Under the pieces are notes generated by a model. That model was not told the origin of the DNA and did no database searches. It saw only the letters and a list, made by a program, of their open reading frames with translations. A stretch of DNA of 64,000 nt from an uncultured Clostridiaceae bacterium (GTDB lineage Bacteria; Bacillota_I; Bacilli_A; RFN20; CAG-288), in NCBI GenBank assembly GCA_964427595.1, contig CAYRUQ010000004.1, positions 4,314-68,313 of the forward strand, given 5' to 3'. Below, piece after piece: positions 43,629 to 52,159 of the stretch (position 1 is its first letter; every line of letters starts with the position of its first letter). The position numbers were made by a program, and so were the translations under genes.

Positions 43629-45614
43629 TTAATCTTCAATTATAGGGAAGTCTTCACTGATTCTCTTGATCAGTTCATTCTCGGAGAAATGAAGGCTAGC
43701 GATAGCTTGATTAGCCGGGGCTGAAAGACCGAAAGTCTTTAACTGATAGACATGTTTAGCATATTTATAGAGATTATCAGAGCTAGCCATCTCGATGAAA
43801 AGACGTTTCTCATACGGATTGTTTAAGACTTCTTCTTGATATTCTTTACTCTGTTTTTCAAAGAGCTCTAAACAGGGGATAGAGACGATTCTGACATCAA
43901 GTCCATCAGCTAATAATTCTTTTTGAATACGACAAGCGATGTCGACTTCTGAACCGGTGGCGATGATCGTCAAATCATTTTTCTCTTTCTCAGGAGAGAT
44001 GACATATCCGCCTTTTAAAGAACCTTCAAAAGAAGCTTCTGGTTGTTCAGTCAAATTCTGTCTTGAGAGAATGATAGCGGTAGGATGATCAACGCTTGAG
44101 AAAGCGAAGTTATAAGCAGCAGCTGTCTCTGTTGCACAAGCAGGACGGAAGACGTAAGTGTTAGGGATGCTTCTTAACATCGAAAGTTGCTCGATAGGTT
44201 GATGAGTAGGCCCGTCTTCACCGACAGCGATTGAATCATGGCTGAAGAGATAGATGGCAGGAAGTTTCTCCATCGCTGCCATTCTGATAGCTGGTTTCAT
44301 ATAATCGGCGAAGACTAAGAAACTACCGACATACATTCTGACACCTCTATGAAGTAAGATGCCGTTTTGAATACAACCCATCGCAAACTCACGGATACCG
44401 AAGTTGATGTTATTGCCTCTTCTATTCTCAGGAGTGAAATCGGTAAAATTCTTGACTTTAGTCATGACGGAAGCGGCGACATCAGCGCTACCTCCTAATA
44501 AATCAGGAATCTCTTCGGCGACTAAATTGAGAAGAGCTTGACTATCAAGTCTCGTGGCGTTTTTACTGCCTTTTTCATAGATGGGACCATTTTGGAAGAT
44601 ATAGGTTCTAACATCATTAGAAATCATCCTTTCAAATTGTTCGTAAGCTTCAGGATGAGCTTTCTTATATTCGTTGACTTGTTTGTCATAGGAAGCGTGT
44701 TCTTCTTCTCCACGTTTGATGAAGGTGCGTTTGAAGATCTCGGTAGTCTCAGCTGGAATCTCAAAAGCTTCATAGTGGAAGTTGAGATTCTCTTTAGTCT
44801 TGATAACTTCTTCGGGAGAGAAGGCTTTACCATGCGATGCTGATTTACCTTCATAAGGAGATCCATAACCGATACGAGTGTGACAGATGATGATAGTAGG
44901 TTTTTCTTTAGCGGACTTCGCTAAGCTTATCGCTCTATCAATCTCAGCGATATCATTGCCGTCTTCTACTTCTAAGACATTCCAATTAGCAGAGAGGAAT
45001 CTCCCTTTGGTATCTTCAGTTGATGAATTTGCTAACGGACCATCTAAAGTGCAGTCATTCTTGTCATAAAGAAGAATCAGACGAGAGAGCTTTTGATGAC
45101 CAGCAAAAGAGATAGCTTCTTGAGAGATGCCTTCTTGTAAACAACCATCGCCACATAAGACGAAAGTATAGTGATTAATCAGTTTTTCACCATCAGGATA
45201 AGTATGTCTTAAGTGTTCTTCAGCGACAGCCATACCGACAGCTTGGGCGATACCTTGCCCTAACGGACCAGCCGTCGCATCAACACCCGGGGTATGTCCG
45301 TATTCAGGATGACCAGGTGTTAAAGAATCTAATTGTCTGAATTGTTTCAATTGCTCTAAAGGAATCTTATAGCCAGCTAAATGCAAGGTCGCATAAAGAA
45401 GAGAAGAGGCATGACCAGCCGAGAGGATGAAGCGGTCTCGATTGATCCAGTTAGGATCATTAGGGTCAGCAACTAAATGTCTAGTGAAGAGAGTATAAAT
45501 CAAAGGGGCACTTGACAAAGCGATGCCAGGATGGCCACTTTTAGCTTTAGAAATCATGTCAAGAGAAAGGGCACGAAGAGTATTAACGGCTAGAATTTCC
45601 TTATCGAAAGTCAT
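43629..45614 (-). CDS. tkt: Transketolase
   Basis: SGHPG, GDGCLQEGIS (ThDP motif). 661 aa. GGAGGA SD and TGGTAAAAT promoter upstream. Confidence 0.95.
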   Translation of the reverse strand: MTFDKEILAVNTLRALSLDMISKAKSGHPGIALSSAPLIYTLFTRHLVADPNDPNWINRDRFILSAGHASSLLYATLHLAGYKIPLEQLKQFRQLDSLTPGHPEYGHTPGVDATAGPLGQGIAQAVGMAVAEEHLRHTYPDGEKLINHYTFVLCGDGCLQEGISQEAISFAGHQKLSRLILLYDKNDCTLDGPLANSSTEDTKGRFLSANWNVLEVEDGNDIAEIDRAISLAKSAKEKPTIIICHTRIGYGSPYEGKSASHGKAFSPEEVIKTKENLNFHYEAFEIPAETTEIFKRTFIKRGEEEHASYDKQVNEYKKAHPEAYEQFERMISNDVRTYIFQNGPIYEKGSKNATRLDSQALLNLVAEEIPDLLGGSADVAASVMTKVKNFTDFTPENRRGNNINFGIREFAMGCIQNGILLHRGVRMYVGSFLVFADYMKPAIRMAAMEKLPAIYLFSHDSIAVGEDGPTHQPIEQLSMLRSIPNTYVFRPACATETAAAYNFAFSSVDHPTAIILSRQNLTEQPEASFEGSLKGGYVISPEKEKNDLTIIATGSEVDIACRIQKELLADGLDVRIVSIPCLELFEKQSKEYQEEVLNNPYEKRLFIEMASSDNLYKYAKHVYQLKTFGLSAPANQAIASLHFSENELIKRISEDFPIIED

Positions 45615-45665
45615 ACTTAATCCTCCGGTGTTGTTGATAGAATTTTACCACAATAAGAAACAAAG

Positions 45666-45834
45666 AAAAAACGGACAGTCGCCTGTCCGCTTCCTGGATT
45701 TAAACATTTTCCCTTTATTTAAAAGAGGAGACCGCAGCGGGTGTATTGGGATTCCGAATGATTTCGGCGTTCAACGCAACACCGGCGATATAGGTCTCAT
45801 AAATCTATGTGACGGAAACGCGCATCATCCAGGT
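45666..45834 (-). ncRNA. Candidate ~170-nt structured small RNA (class not recognised) with its own promoter and terminator
   Basis: Minus strand has TTGATA (45870-45865), 18 nt, TATAAT (45846-45841). Nested helices CCUGGAU/AUCCAGG (45833-27 with 45699-93) and GAGACC/GGUCUC (45798-93 with 45733-28), two small hairpins, then terminator CGGACAG-GCGA-CUGUCCG-U6 (45689-45666). No ORF longer than 9 codons. Confidence 0.55.
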
Positions 45835-45859
45835 AATTTCATTATAGTGACATTTAGAC

Positions 45860-46369
45860 TCAGCTATCAAGAAAGTTCTTGCCTTTGATCGACTCGTAAA
45901 TGGATAAACCAGAGAAATTCTGCTGTCTTCGCACTTCACTTAAAACGATTGAAACACTATCAGATAAGTTTAAAGAACGAGCGTTGGCCATCATCGGAAT
46001 TCTGATAGTCTTATCAAGATGTTTCTTTAAAACTTCTTTAGGAATACCAGTAGATTCTCTACCGAACATAAAGCAATAATTCCTAGTGACATCTGAGTAA
46101 TCTAAATTGGTGTAGACCTGTTTTGAATAGCGAGTCACAAAGTAAGTATCATAGCTTTCATATTTTTTGAAAAAAGCATCTAAATCATCGAGCAGTTCGA
46201 TATCAAAACCGATGGCATAATCCATGCCGGCTCTCTTTAAAGATTTCTCATCAAGAGAGAAAGTGATCGGTTTGATGATGGTCAACTTGGCATTTAAAGC
46301 CATCGCTGTACGGATGATGTTTCCAGTATTAGCCGGCTTTTCCGGTTGAAAAAGGACGATTCTGATCAT
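45860..46369 (-). CDS. trmL: tRNA (cytidine/uridine-34 2'-O)-methyltransferase, SpoU/TrmL type
   Basis: IVLFQPEKPANTGNIIRT, FGRESTGIP, RIPMMANARSLNLSDSV. Confidence 0.85.
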   Translation of the reverse strand: MIRIVLFQPEKPANTGNIIRTAMALNAKLTIIKPITFSLDEKSLKRAGMDYAIGFDIELLDDLDAFFKKYESYDTYFVTRYSKQVYTNLDYSDVTRNYCFMFGRESTGIPKEVLKKHLDKTIRIPMMANARSLNLSDSVSIVLSEVRRQQNFSGLSIYESIKGKNFLDS

Positions 46370-48141
46370 CGATGGTAAGGCTCAGTTTGCTTGAATAGAT
46401 AGGCTTTTAACTCCTCATCCTGAATATGAGGAGTTAAGGTCTCTCTGACTAAGCTCATATAGTCATTAAGCCAATTTAATTCTTCATCATCTAACAAAGA
46501 GACATCGATACCTTTTCTATCATAAGGACAGAAAGTGATCGTCTTAAAACGATAGAAACGACCATCTTCAGTCTCAAAAGCTTTCTCGACTAATAATTCG
46601 TTCTCTAATCTGATTCCATACTTACCTGCTTTATACACACCAGGTTCAATAGTGATGATATGACCAGGGACTAAAGCAGCTTTATCATCTCTATCAGGGG
46701 AATCATAATAACGGAAACCGATAGGGCCTTCATGAACACAATTCATATAACCGACTCCATGACCGGTTCCACACTTATAATCCATGCCTTCTCTCCACAT
46801 GATCTCTCTGGCAGCGATATCGATTGTGTGACCAGTACTTTTCTCAATGAAAATCTGTCTTGTTAAATTGATTTGAGATTTCAAAGTTAAAGTGTAATCT
46901 CGGATGATCTCTGCTGACGGATTCTTATTCACGAGGAAAGTTCTAGTGATATCAGTGGTGCCACCATAGTATTGACCACCTGAATCCACTAAAAGAAGCT
47001 GGTTATCTCTTGTTAATTTAGCGTGATTTTCTTTTGTAGGTGCATAATGCATCATCGCTGCATTAGCATCACAAGCGGCGATCGTTTCAAAAGAGAGATC
47101 ATAGCAAAGCTCATTCTCTCTTCTAGTGTTATCGATGTATTCACTTAATGAGTATTCATCAAGTTCACCAGAATCGATATTATCGTCGATATACTTAGCC
47201 AGTTTTAAGACAGCGATTCCATCAAGGATATGAACATTGATCGTGTTTTTTATCTCAACTGGGCCTTTGATCGCTTTATCTATATAAGCAGGAGAAACTG
47301 CATAAACTTTCTTTCTTAAACAAGAAGCGATTCTCGCATTGGTCTTATCAGGATCGATGAGAGTGACGACATCTTCTCTCTCTTTTAAGAAGGGGACGAT
47401 ATCTTCATAAGGATGAGTGATGATATCTGTCTCTTCAGCGAAATAATCAGGAAGTTTTTCTTGATTGATGAAGAGATGAAGTTTTCCATCTTCTTCAATA
47501 TAAAGATAAGAGTAGAAGACGGGAGTGGCAGGTATATCTCCGCCACGATAACCTAAGACATAAGCGATATCATCTAAAGTGGTGATGATGATAGCTTTTG
47601 CTTGCTGATTAAAAACATAAGTTAAGATTTTATCGACTCTTTCTTTTCTAGTAGTAGAAAGAAGTTCTTGAGATACTCTCCAGAGAGGTTTATCAGGAAG
47701 AGCGGGTATATTTTCAACTAAAGAGAGATAAGAGACATGCTTGATAGGATGCTTATCATCAACATAAAACTTTCTTAGTTGTTTGACTGAAAACAACGAA
47801 GCATCTAATCCTAACGGATAGAGATCATTCTGTTTTATAAAGTCACTTAAAGAAGGGATGCCAGGTTTACCATCTTCAACTAATTGACAGGAAGTGCCTA
47901 CTAGTTCACCTTTAGCTTGAACCCAGTATCTACCATCGGTATAGATATAGCTAGCATCTTGAGTGACGAGAAGAGTACCATCGCTTCCTTTGAAAGAACA
48001 GAAATAATATCTAGGAGCTGAAAAAGTATCAGCACAATACTCAGACATATGAGGATCAGTGCTAGGGATGACATAAGCTTTGATGCCATCCTTTTTCATC
48101 TGCTCCTGTAATTTAGAAATTCTCTCATCAAATACGCTCAT
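46366..48141 (-). CDS. M24B Xaa-Pro aminopeptidase (three-domain, APP-like)
   Basis: Pita-bread metal ligands in DSGGQYYGGTTDITRT, HGVGY..VHE, EPG and E..L contexts. 591 aa with two N-terminal creatinase-like domains. Confidence 0.8.
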   Translation of the reverse strand: MSVFDERISKLQEQMKKDGIKAYVIPSTDPHMSEYCADTFSAPRYYFCSFKGSDGTLLVTQDASYIYTDGRYWVQAKGELVGTSCQLVEDGKPGIPSLSDFIKQNDLYPLGLDASLFSVKQLRKFYVDDKHPIKHVSYLSLVENIPALPDKPLWRVSQELLSTTRKERVDKILTYVFNQQAKAIIITTLDDIAYVLGYRGGDIPATPVFYSYLYIEEDGKLHLFINQEKLPDYFAEETDIITHPYEDIVPFLKEREDVVTLIDPDKTNARIASCLRKKVYAVSPAYIDKAIKGPVEIKNTINVHILDGIAVLKLAKYIDDNIDSGELDEYSLSEYIDNTRRENELCYDLSFETIAACDANAAMMHYAPTKENHAKLTRDNQLLLVDSGGQYYGGTTDITRTFLVNKNPSAEIIRDYTLTLKSQINLTRQIFIEKSTGHTIDIAAREIMWREGMDYKCGTGHGVGYMNCVHEGPIGFRYYDSPDRDDKAALVPGHIITIEPGVYKAGKYGIRLENELLVEKAFETEDGRFYRFKTITFCPYDRKGIDVSLLDDEELNWLNDYMSLVRETLTPHIQDEELKAYLFKQTEPYHR

Positions 48142-48154
48142 AATTCACTCCTTC

Positions 48155-49594
48155 TCAGTATGCTCTCGCATAATAAATGACATCTTCAGCTTTCTTTCCG
48201 GTGATCGGATCTGTATCAGCGAAAGGCATTTGATCAAAGGGGATGACACGAGGTGTAGCATTGAAAGCTTCTTTGATTTTCAATTCTTCTTCTCTATCAC
48301 CCGAAGACATCAGTTTGGCGAAACCTTTGCCATTAGTGACAACATCTCCTAACTCTTCAAAAGAGTGAACTTCAACGATGTGCTCATTGAGGAATTTAAG
48401 AGCTTTGTTATACATGCCGTCGTGAATCAAATCTAATTGTTTGACGACTTCATCAGCGACAGTATCGAGTTTCACACTCAGAGAAGCACCATCAAATCTT
48501 CTAGTTAAAGTTACGACATCGTTATCTAAATCCTTAGGGCCGATGGCTACTCTTAAAGGAACACCTTTCATCTCGTATTGAGAGAACTTCCAACCCGGAT
48601 TCTTATCGGTCGTATCAAGGATGACTCTGACTTCTTTTTCTTTCAAAGCTGATTCTAACTTCTTGCATTCTTCCATGACGCTCTTATCAGCATCAGGTCT
48701 GATCGGGATGATGACGACTTGGGTAGGAGCGACTTTAGGAGGTAAGACGAGACCTTCGTCATCTCCGTGCACCATGATGAGAGCGCCTAAAAGTCTTGTT
48801 GAGAAACCCCAACTCGTGTAATGAGGATAACGATATTCATTGTTCTTATCAGCAAAGCGTATGTTATAAGCTTCAGAAAATCCAGTTCCTAAGTAGTGGC
48901 TTGTTCCACATTGAAGAGCTTGGCAATCAGGCATCAAAGCTTCGATTGTATAAGTATCACAAGCACCAGCGAATCTCTCACTAGCCGGTTTTCGACCAGC
49001 GACGAAAGGAATGGCTAATAAATCTCTTCCTAACTCTGAATAAAGACGAAGGATCGTCAATGTGAAATCTCTTGCTTCATATTCGTCATAGTGAAGGGTG
49101 TGACCTTCTTGCCAGAGGAATTCAGAGCCTCTTAAGAAGGGACGAGTGGTCTTTTCCCAACGGACAACTGAACACCACTGATTATATTTGATAGGAAGAT
49201 CATGATAAGAGTGAAGGATATCTTTAAAGTGATCACAAAAGAGAGTTTCACTGGTAGGCCTAACAACCATCGGTTCACTTAAAGTTTTATTTCCACCCAT
49301 AGTGACTACTGCACATTCAGGAGCGAAGCCTTGGACATGCTCTTTTTCTTTATTGAGCAAATTCATAGGAATCAAACTAGGAAGATAAACATTTCTGACT
49401 CCTAAAGCCTTGATTTTCTTATTGAAGTAATCTTGGATGCTTTCCCAAATAGCAAAGCCATCGGGACGATAGACGATGAATCCCTTAGTTTGAGCGTAGT
49501 CCATCAATTCTGCTTTCAAACAGACATCGGTGTACCACTGAGTCAGATTCTCTTCTTTAGATGTGATTGATGTGACTTTTTTGTTCGCTTTCAT
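48155..49594 (-). CDS. proS: Proline--tRNA ligase, archaeal/eukaryote-like type
   Basis: 479 aa, no INS editing domain, WYTDV..AELMDY N-terminus, C-terminal ...YYARAY. Confidence 0.9.
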   Translation of the reverse strand: MKANKKVTSITSKEENLTQWYTDVCLKAELMDYAQTKGFIVYRPDGFAIWESIQDYFNKKIKALGVRNVYLPSLIPMNLLNKEKEHVQGFAPECAVVTMGGNKTLSEPMVVRPTSETLFCDHFKDILHSYHDLPIKYNQWCSVVRWEKTTRPFLRGSEFLWQEGHTLHYDEYEARDFTLTILRLYSELGRDLLAIPFVAGRKPASERFAGACDTYTIEALMPDCQALQCGTSHYLGTGFSEAYNIRFADKNNEYRYPHYTSWGFSTRLLGALIMVHGDDEGLVLPPKVAPTQVVIIPIRPDADKSVMEECKKLESALKEKEVRVILDTTDKNPGWKFSQYEMKGVPLRVAIGPKDLDNDVVTLTRRFDGASLSVKLDTVADEVVKQLDLIHDGMYNKALKFLNEHIVEVHSFEELGDVVTNGKGFAKLMSSGDREEELKIKEAFNATPRVIPFDQMPFADTDPITGKKAEDVIYYARAY

Positions 49595-49612
49595 ATTGAT
49601 GCTCCTTAATGA

Positions 49613-51361
49613 TTAGCAATTTTGATCTTCTAGACATTCATTGATGACTTCTTCTGGAATCATTTCTGGTAGAGAGGAAGGAAGAGCGACGCTGTCGCAC
49701 TGTAATATCTTACCGGAATAGTGGACACAGATAGACATATCATCTAAATCCTTCAAATCGGCATAAACGATTTCGCCTGGATAGACTTTATATTCAGTTT
49801 CTATCAGTTTGAGATTGTTCTGATCAGGATCGTTATTCATGCTAGTTGTAAACTTCTTACCGACGATGAAGTATGAGAAGAGAGTGTTGATTTTACTGGG
49901 AAGAAGTGAGTTTGCAGAGCTGAGGTTGAGGGCGATTTTATGTCCTTTGTTGATGATGAGAGTTAAAAGATCTATCAGTTGTTGTAAGTAATCAGTATGA
50001 GTGACTAGGTCAGCTTCATCAAAGGTGATGATCCATTTGATGTTATGTAATCCGGCTAGACTCACGCAGTTGATGAACTGTCTCGCTAGATTGAACGGGA
50101 TAGTCAATGATAATTCTATCTCTTTCCCTTTAGTGACTTGTTTGATAGACTCTAACACCTCATTGATCAAGACTTTAGAACCACCATGGATGTTTTCGGA
50201 GATCCTCAATAAGGATGTGAAGTTATTGATCTCAGTTCCATATGGTTTAGAGGTGAGGAAATAGAAATCTTGTCTTCTCTCTTCTAAGTTGATAGTAGGA
50301 GTAAAGTAGATACGGAAGGTCTTATGTTGAATGACCTTCTTAACTTCATCAATGTGTTTGATTTTCTTATTATGATGTTCGTAAAACTTCGGATCAAATA
50401 AGGCAGTCTGTGAATGGATAAGACCGGATACGATAGCATCGGCCATCGAAGAAGCTTGATTGATAGCTTTCTTTAGATTCTTGCCATAGTAAGTGCTTGT
50501 TGAGATACCGATAGCTACTCCCAAGTTAGAGTTAGGAACTTTGAAGTTGAGATGCTGTTGAATAGCAGTGAGGAGAGTATAAGCCATCTCCATCGTAGCG
50601 ATTTTGCTAAGTGATGATGTCACGATCATGACTTCTTCTGTTTTGCTATAAACATAAAGGCTAGAGCGATTATTACAGTAATGAAGAAGCAAATCTACGA
50701 TCTCCTTATTGATTTCAGTCAATTTCTTATAATCACCAAGAGGAGCTTTGTCATCTAAGTGATAAAGATGGAAGAAATAAACAGCACTAAGAGCGTTATC
50801 TGCATTGCTGTTTAAGAAATCTTCAGCGCTTTGAAAATCATGTAAGAGATACTTTCTCTTATTTCCAAATGGACCTTCAATCTTCGTGAAAGTTGCAAAG
50901 GGAAGAAGGTGTGATTCAAAGTGGATGATTCCAGCTTCAAAATTGCAACCAGTTAGTTCCATCATTGAAGTCACATAACGATTCTTTTTGTTGATTTTGA
51001 TACCAGCTTGAATGTATTGACTGCTTTGCTTTCCCTGTGAGATAGTCTTCAACCAATCTTGAACTCGATAGCGATCGCTAGCCATGAACTGATCAAGAAA
51101 TTCCTTCTCATCTAGAGTCTTCTTAGATGAGATGTTCATCTTATCGAAATAGGTAAATACCTTATTGAAATAATCAAATGTATAGATTCTGATGTTGTTA
51201 TCAAACTTCGGTTTGAAACCACGTTTTGGTGTCACATTGTTATAGATAATGACAGCTACAATCACTAAAAACATGATGCCGATCATGACATAAAGGATGA
51301 TGAAAGGGTATTGAGTGTACAAAGCTTGTTGCAGCATATTTTTAACTATATTAGATCCCAT
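49613..51361 (-). CDS. Membrane-anchored protein with degenerate GGDEF-like and EAL-like domains
   Basis: N-terminal TM. The C-terminal half follows EAL-domain spacing but with substituted catalytic positions: FTPTINLEERRQDFYFLTSK (vs YQPI..EALxR), ITFDEADL (vs EITE), IALNLSS (vs ALDDFG), YFIVGKKF (vs LKIDrsF). ATG lies 8 nt after TATAAT, with no SD. Confidence 0.4.
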   Translation of the reverse strand: MGSNIVKNMLQQALYTQYPFIILYVMIGIMFLVIVAVIIYNNVTPKRGFKPKFDNNIRIYTFDYFNKVFTYFDKMNISSKKTLDEKEFLDQFMASDRYRVQDWLKTISQGKQSSQYIQAGIKINKKNRYVTSMMELTGCNFEAGIIHFESHLLPFATFTKIEGPFGNKRKYLLHDFQSAEDFLNSNADNALSAVYFFHLYHLDDKAPLGDYKKLTEINKEIVDLLLHYCNNRSSLYVYSKTEEVMIVTSSLSKIATMEMAYTLLTAIQQHLNFKVPNSNLGVAIGISTSTYYGKNLKKAINQASSMADAIVSGLIHSQTALFDPKFYEHHNKKIKHIDEVKKVIQHKTFRIYFTPTINLEERRQDFYFLTSKPYGTEINNFTSLLRISENIHGGSKVLINEVLESIKQVTKGKEIELSLTIPFNLARQFINCVSLAGLHNIKWIITFDEADLVTHTDYLQQLIDLLTLIINKGHKIALNLSSANSLLPSKINTLFSYFIVGKKFTTSMNNDPDQNNLKLIETEYKVYPGEIVYADLKDLDDMSICVHYSGKILQCDSVALPSSLPEMIPEEVINECLEDQNC

Positions 51362-51459
51362 AAACTAAAATTATATATGCCTTTAATATTGTTAGCAATT
51401 TCACCAAGATTATACTATATTTATCTTGGCCGATGGCCAAACTAAACGGAGGTATCATC

Positions 51460-51699
51460 ATGGACATTTATGAGAAATTAAAGAAACTTTTATCCAAGCA
51501 AGTTAAAAAGAAAACATTCGATATCGATAGTTTAACACCTGAAACTCGTCTTGATGAACTGGGACTTGATTCTTTAGATACTGCTGAACTTTTGATCAAT
51601 ATCGAACAAGAATTCTCCCTTTCTGAGTTCACTCAAGAGGAGATGGCTAACGTTAGAACTATTAAAGACGTCAAAGAGCTCATCGAGAATAAGAAATAA
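51460..51699 (+). CDS. acpP: Acyl carrier protein
   Basis: LGLDSLDTAELLINIEQEF (phosphopantetheine Ser in DSL). Start moved to ATG 51460, 7 nt after GGAGG. Confidence 0.8.
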   Translation: MDIYEKLKKLLSKQVKKKTFDIDSLTPETRLDELGLDSLDTAELLINIEQEFSLSEFTQEEMANVRTIKDVKELIENKK

Positions 51700-51765
51700 T
51701 TTTTGATTCTGCCTTTTTAAAAACTATTGCAAACAAAGGTGCTTTTTGCTATATTTGTTTGCGCT

Positions 51766-51841
51766 GCCTACTTAGCTCAGTTGGTAGAGCAACCGGCTGT
51801 TAACCGGTAGGTCGTAGGTCCGAGTCCTACAGTAGGCGCCA
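51766..51841 (+). tRNA. tRNA-Asn (anticodon GUU), CCA encoded; T-loop reads TCCGAGT
   Basis: Manual cloverleaf: GCCTACT/AGTAGGC acceptor, anticodon loop CTGTTAA, T arm GTAGG-TCCGAGT-CCTAC. Putative promoter TTGCAA-N17-TATATT upstream. Confidence 0.85.
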
Positions 51842-51869
51842 TTTATATGGTCTCCATTGGAGGCTGTAT

Positions 51870-51942
51870 GGCCTGGTGGAGAAGCGGTCAACTCACATCC
51901 CTTTCAAGGATGCATTCACGGGTTCAAATCCCGTCCAGGTCA
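51870..51942 (+). tRNA. tRNA-Glu (anticodon UUC), CCA not encoded
   Basis: GGCCTGG/CCAGGTC acceptor (one G-U), anticodon arm CATCC-CTTTCAA-GGATG, T arm ACGGG-TTCAAAT-CCCGT. Confidence 0.85.
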
Positions 51943-51957
51943 CATTATTGATATTCG

Positions 51958-51982
51958 CTGATGCCGATGGCGTCAGTTTTTT
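51958..51982 (+). terminator. Intrinsic terminator of the tRNA pair
   Basis: ctgatgcc-gat-ggcgtcag followed by T6. Confidence 0.75.
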
Positions 51983-52159
51983 ATTTTCATCTTTTTCTTA
52001 GGTTTGTTATCTCTTTTAATATTTAAGAGATTAAAACCCTTTTGAATCATCTAAACTCTGTCATTGATGTTTATGCAAGCGCTCTCTAAAAAGTGTCTTT
52101 TTTGTAGTAGTTAATTATGCTATACTTGCTGTAAGCGTTTACAAAAAAGGAGCAGAAAT

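Noticed and set aside
45666-45834. Assignment of the structured RNA to TPP, THF-I or purine riboswitch, 6S, SRP RNA or tmRNA.
   Set aside because: TPP-like pieces (ACCUGGAUGAUGCG, AUGAGACC) are in the wrong order. GAUGAUGCGCGUU resembles a THF-I segment, but the remaining conserved parts and a folate-related downstream gene are missing. There is no GGAAGCAGC-type SRP motif, no tRNA-like end, and the fold is a multi-helix junction rather than a 6S rod. Left unclassified.
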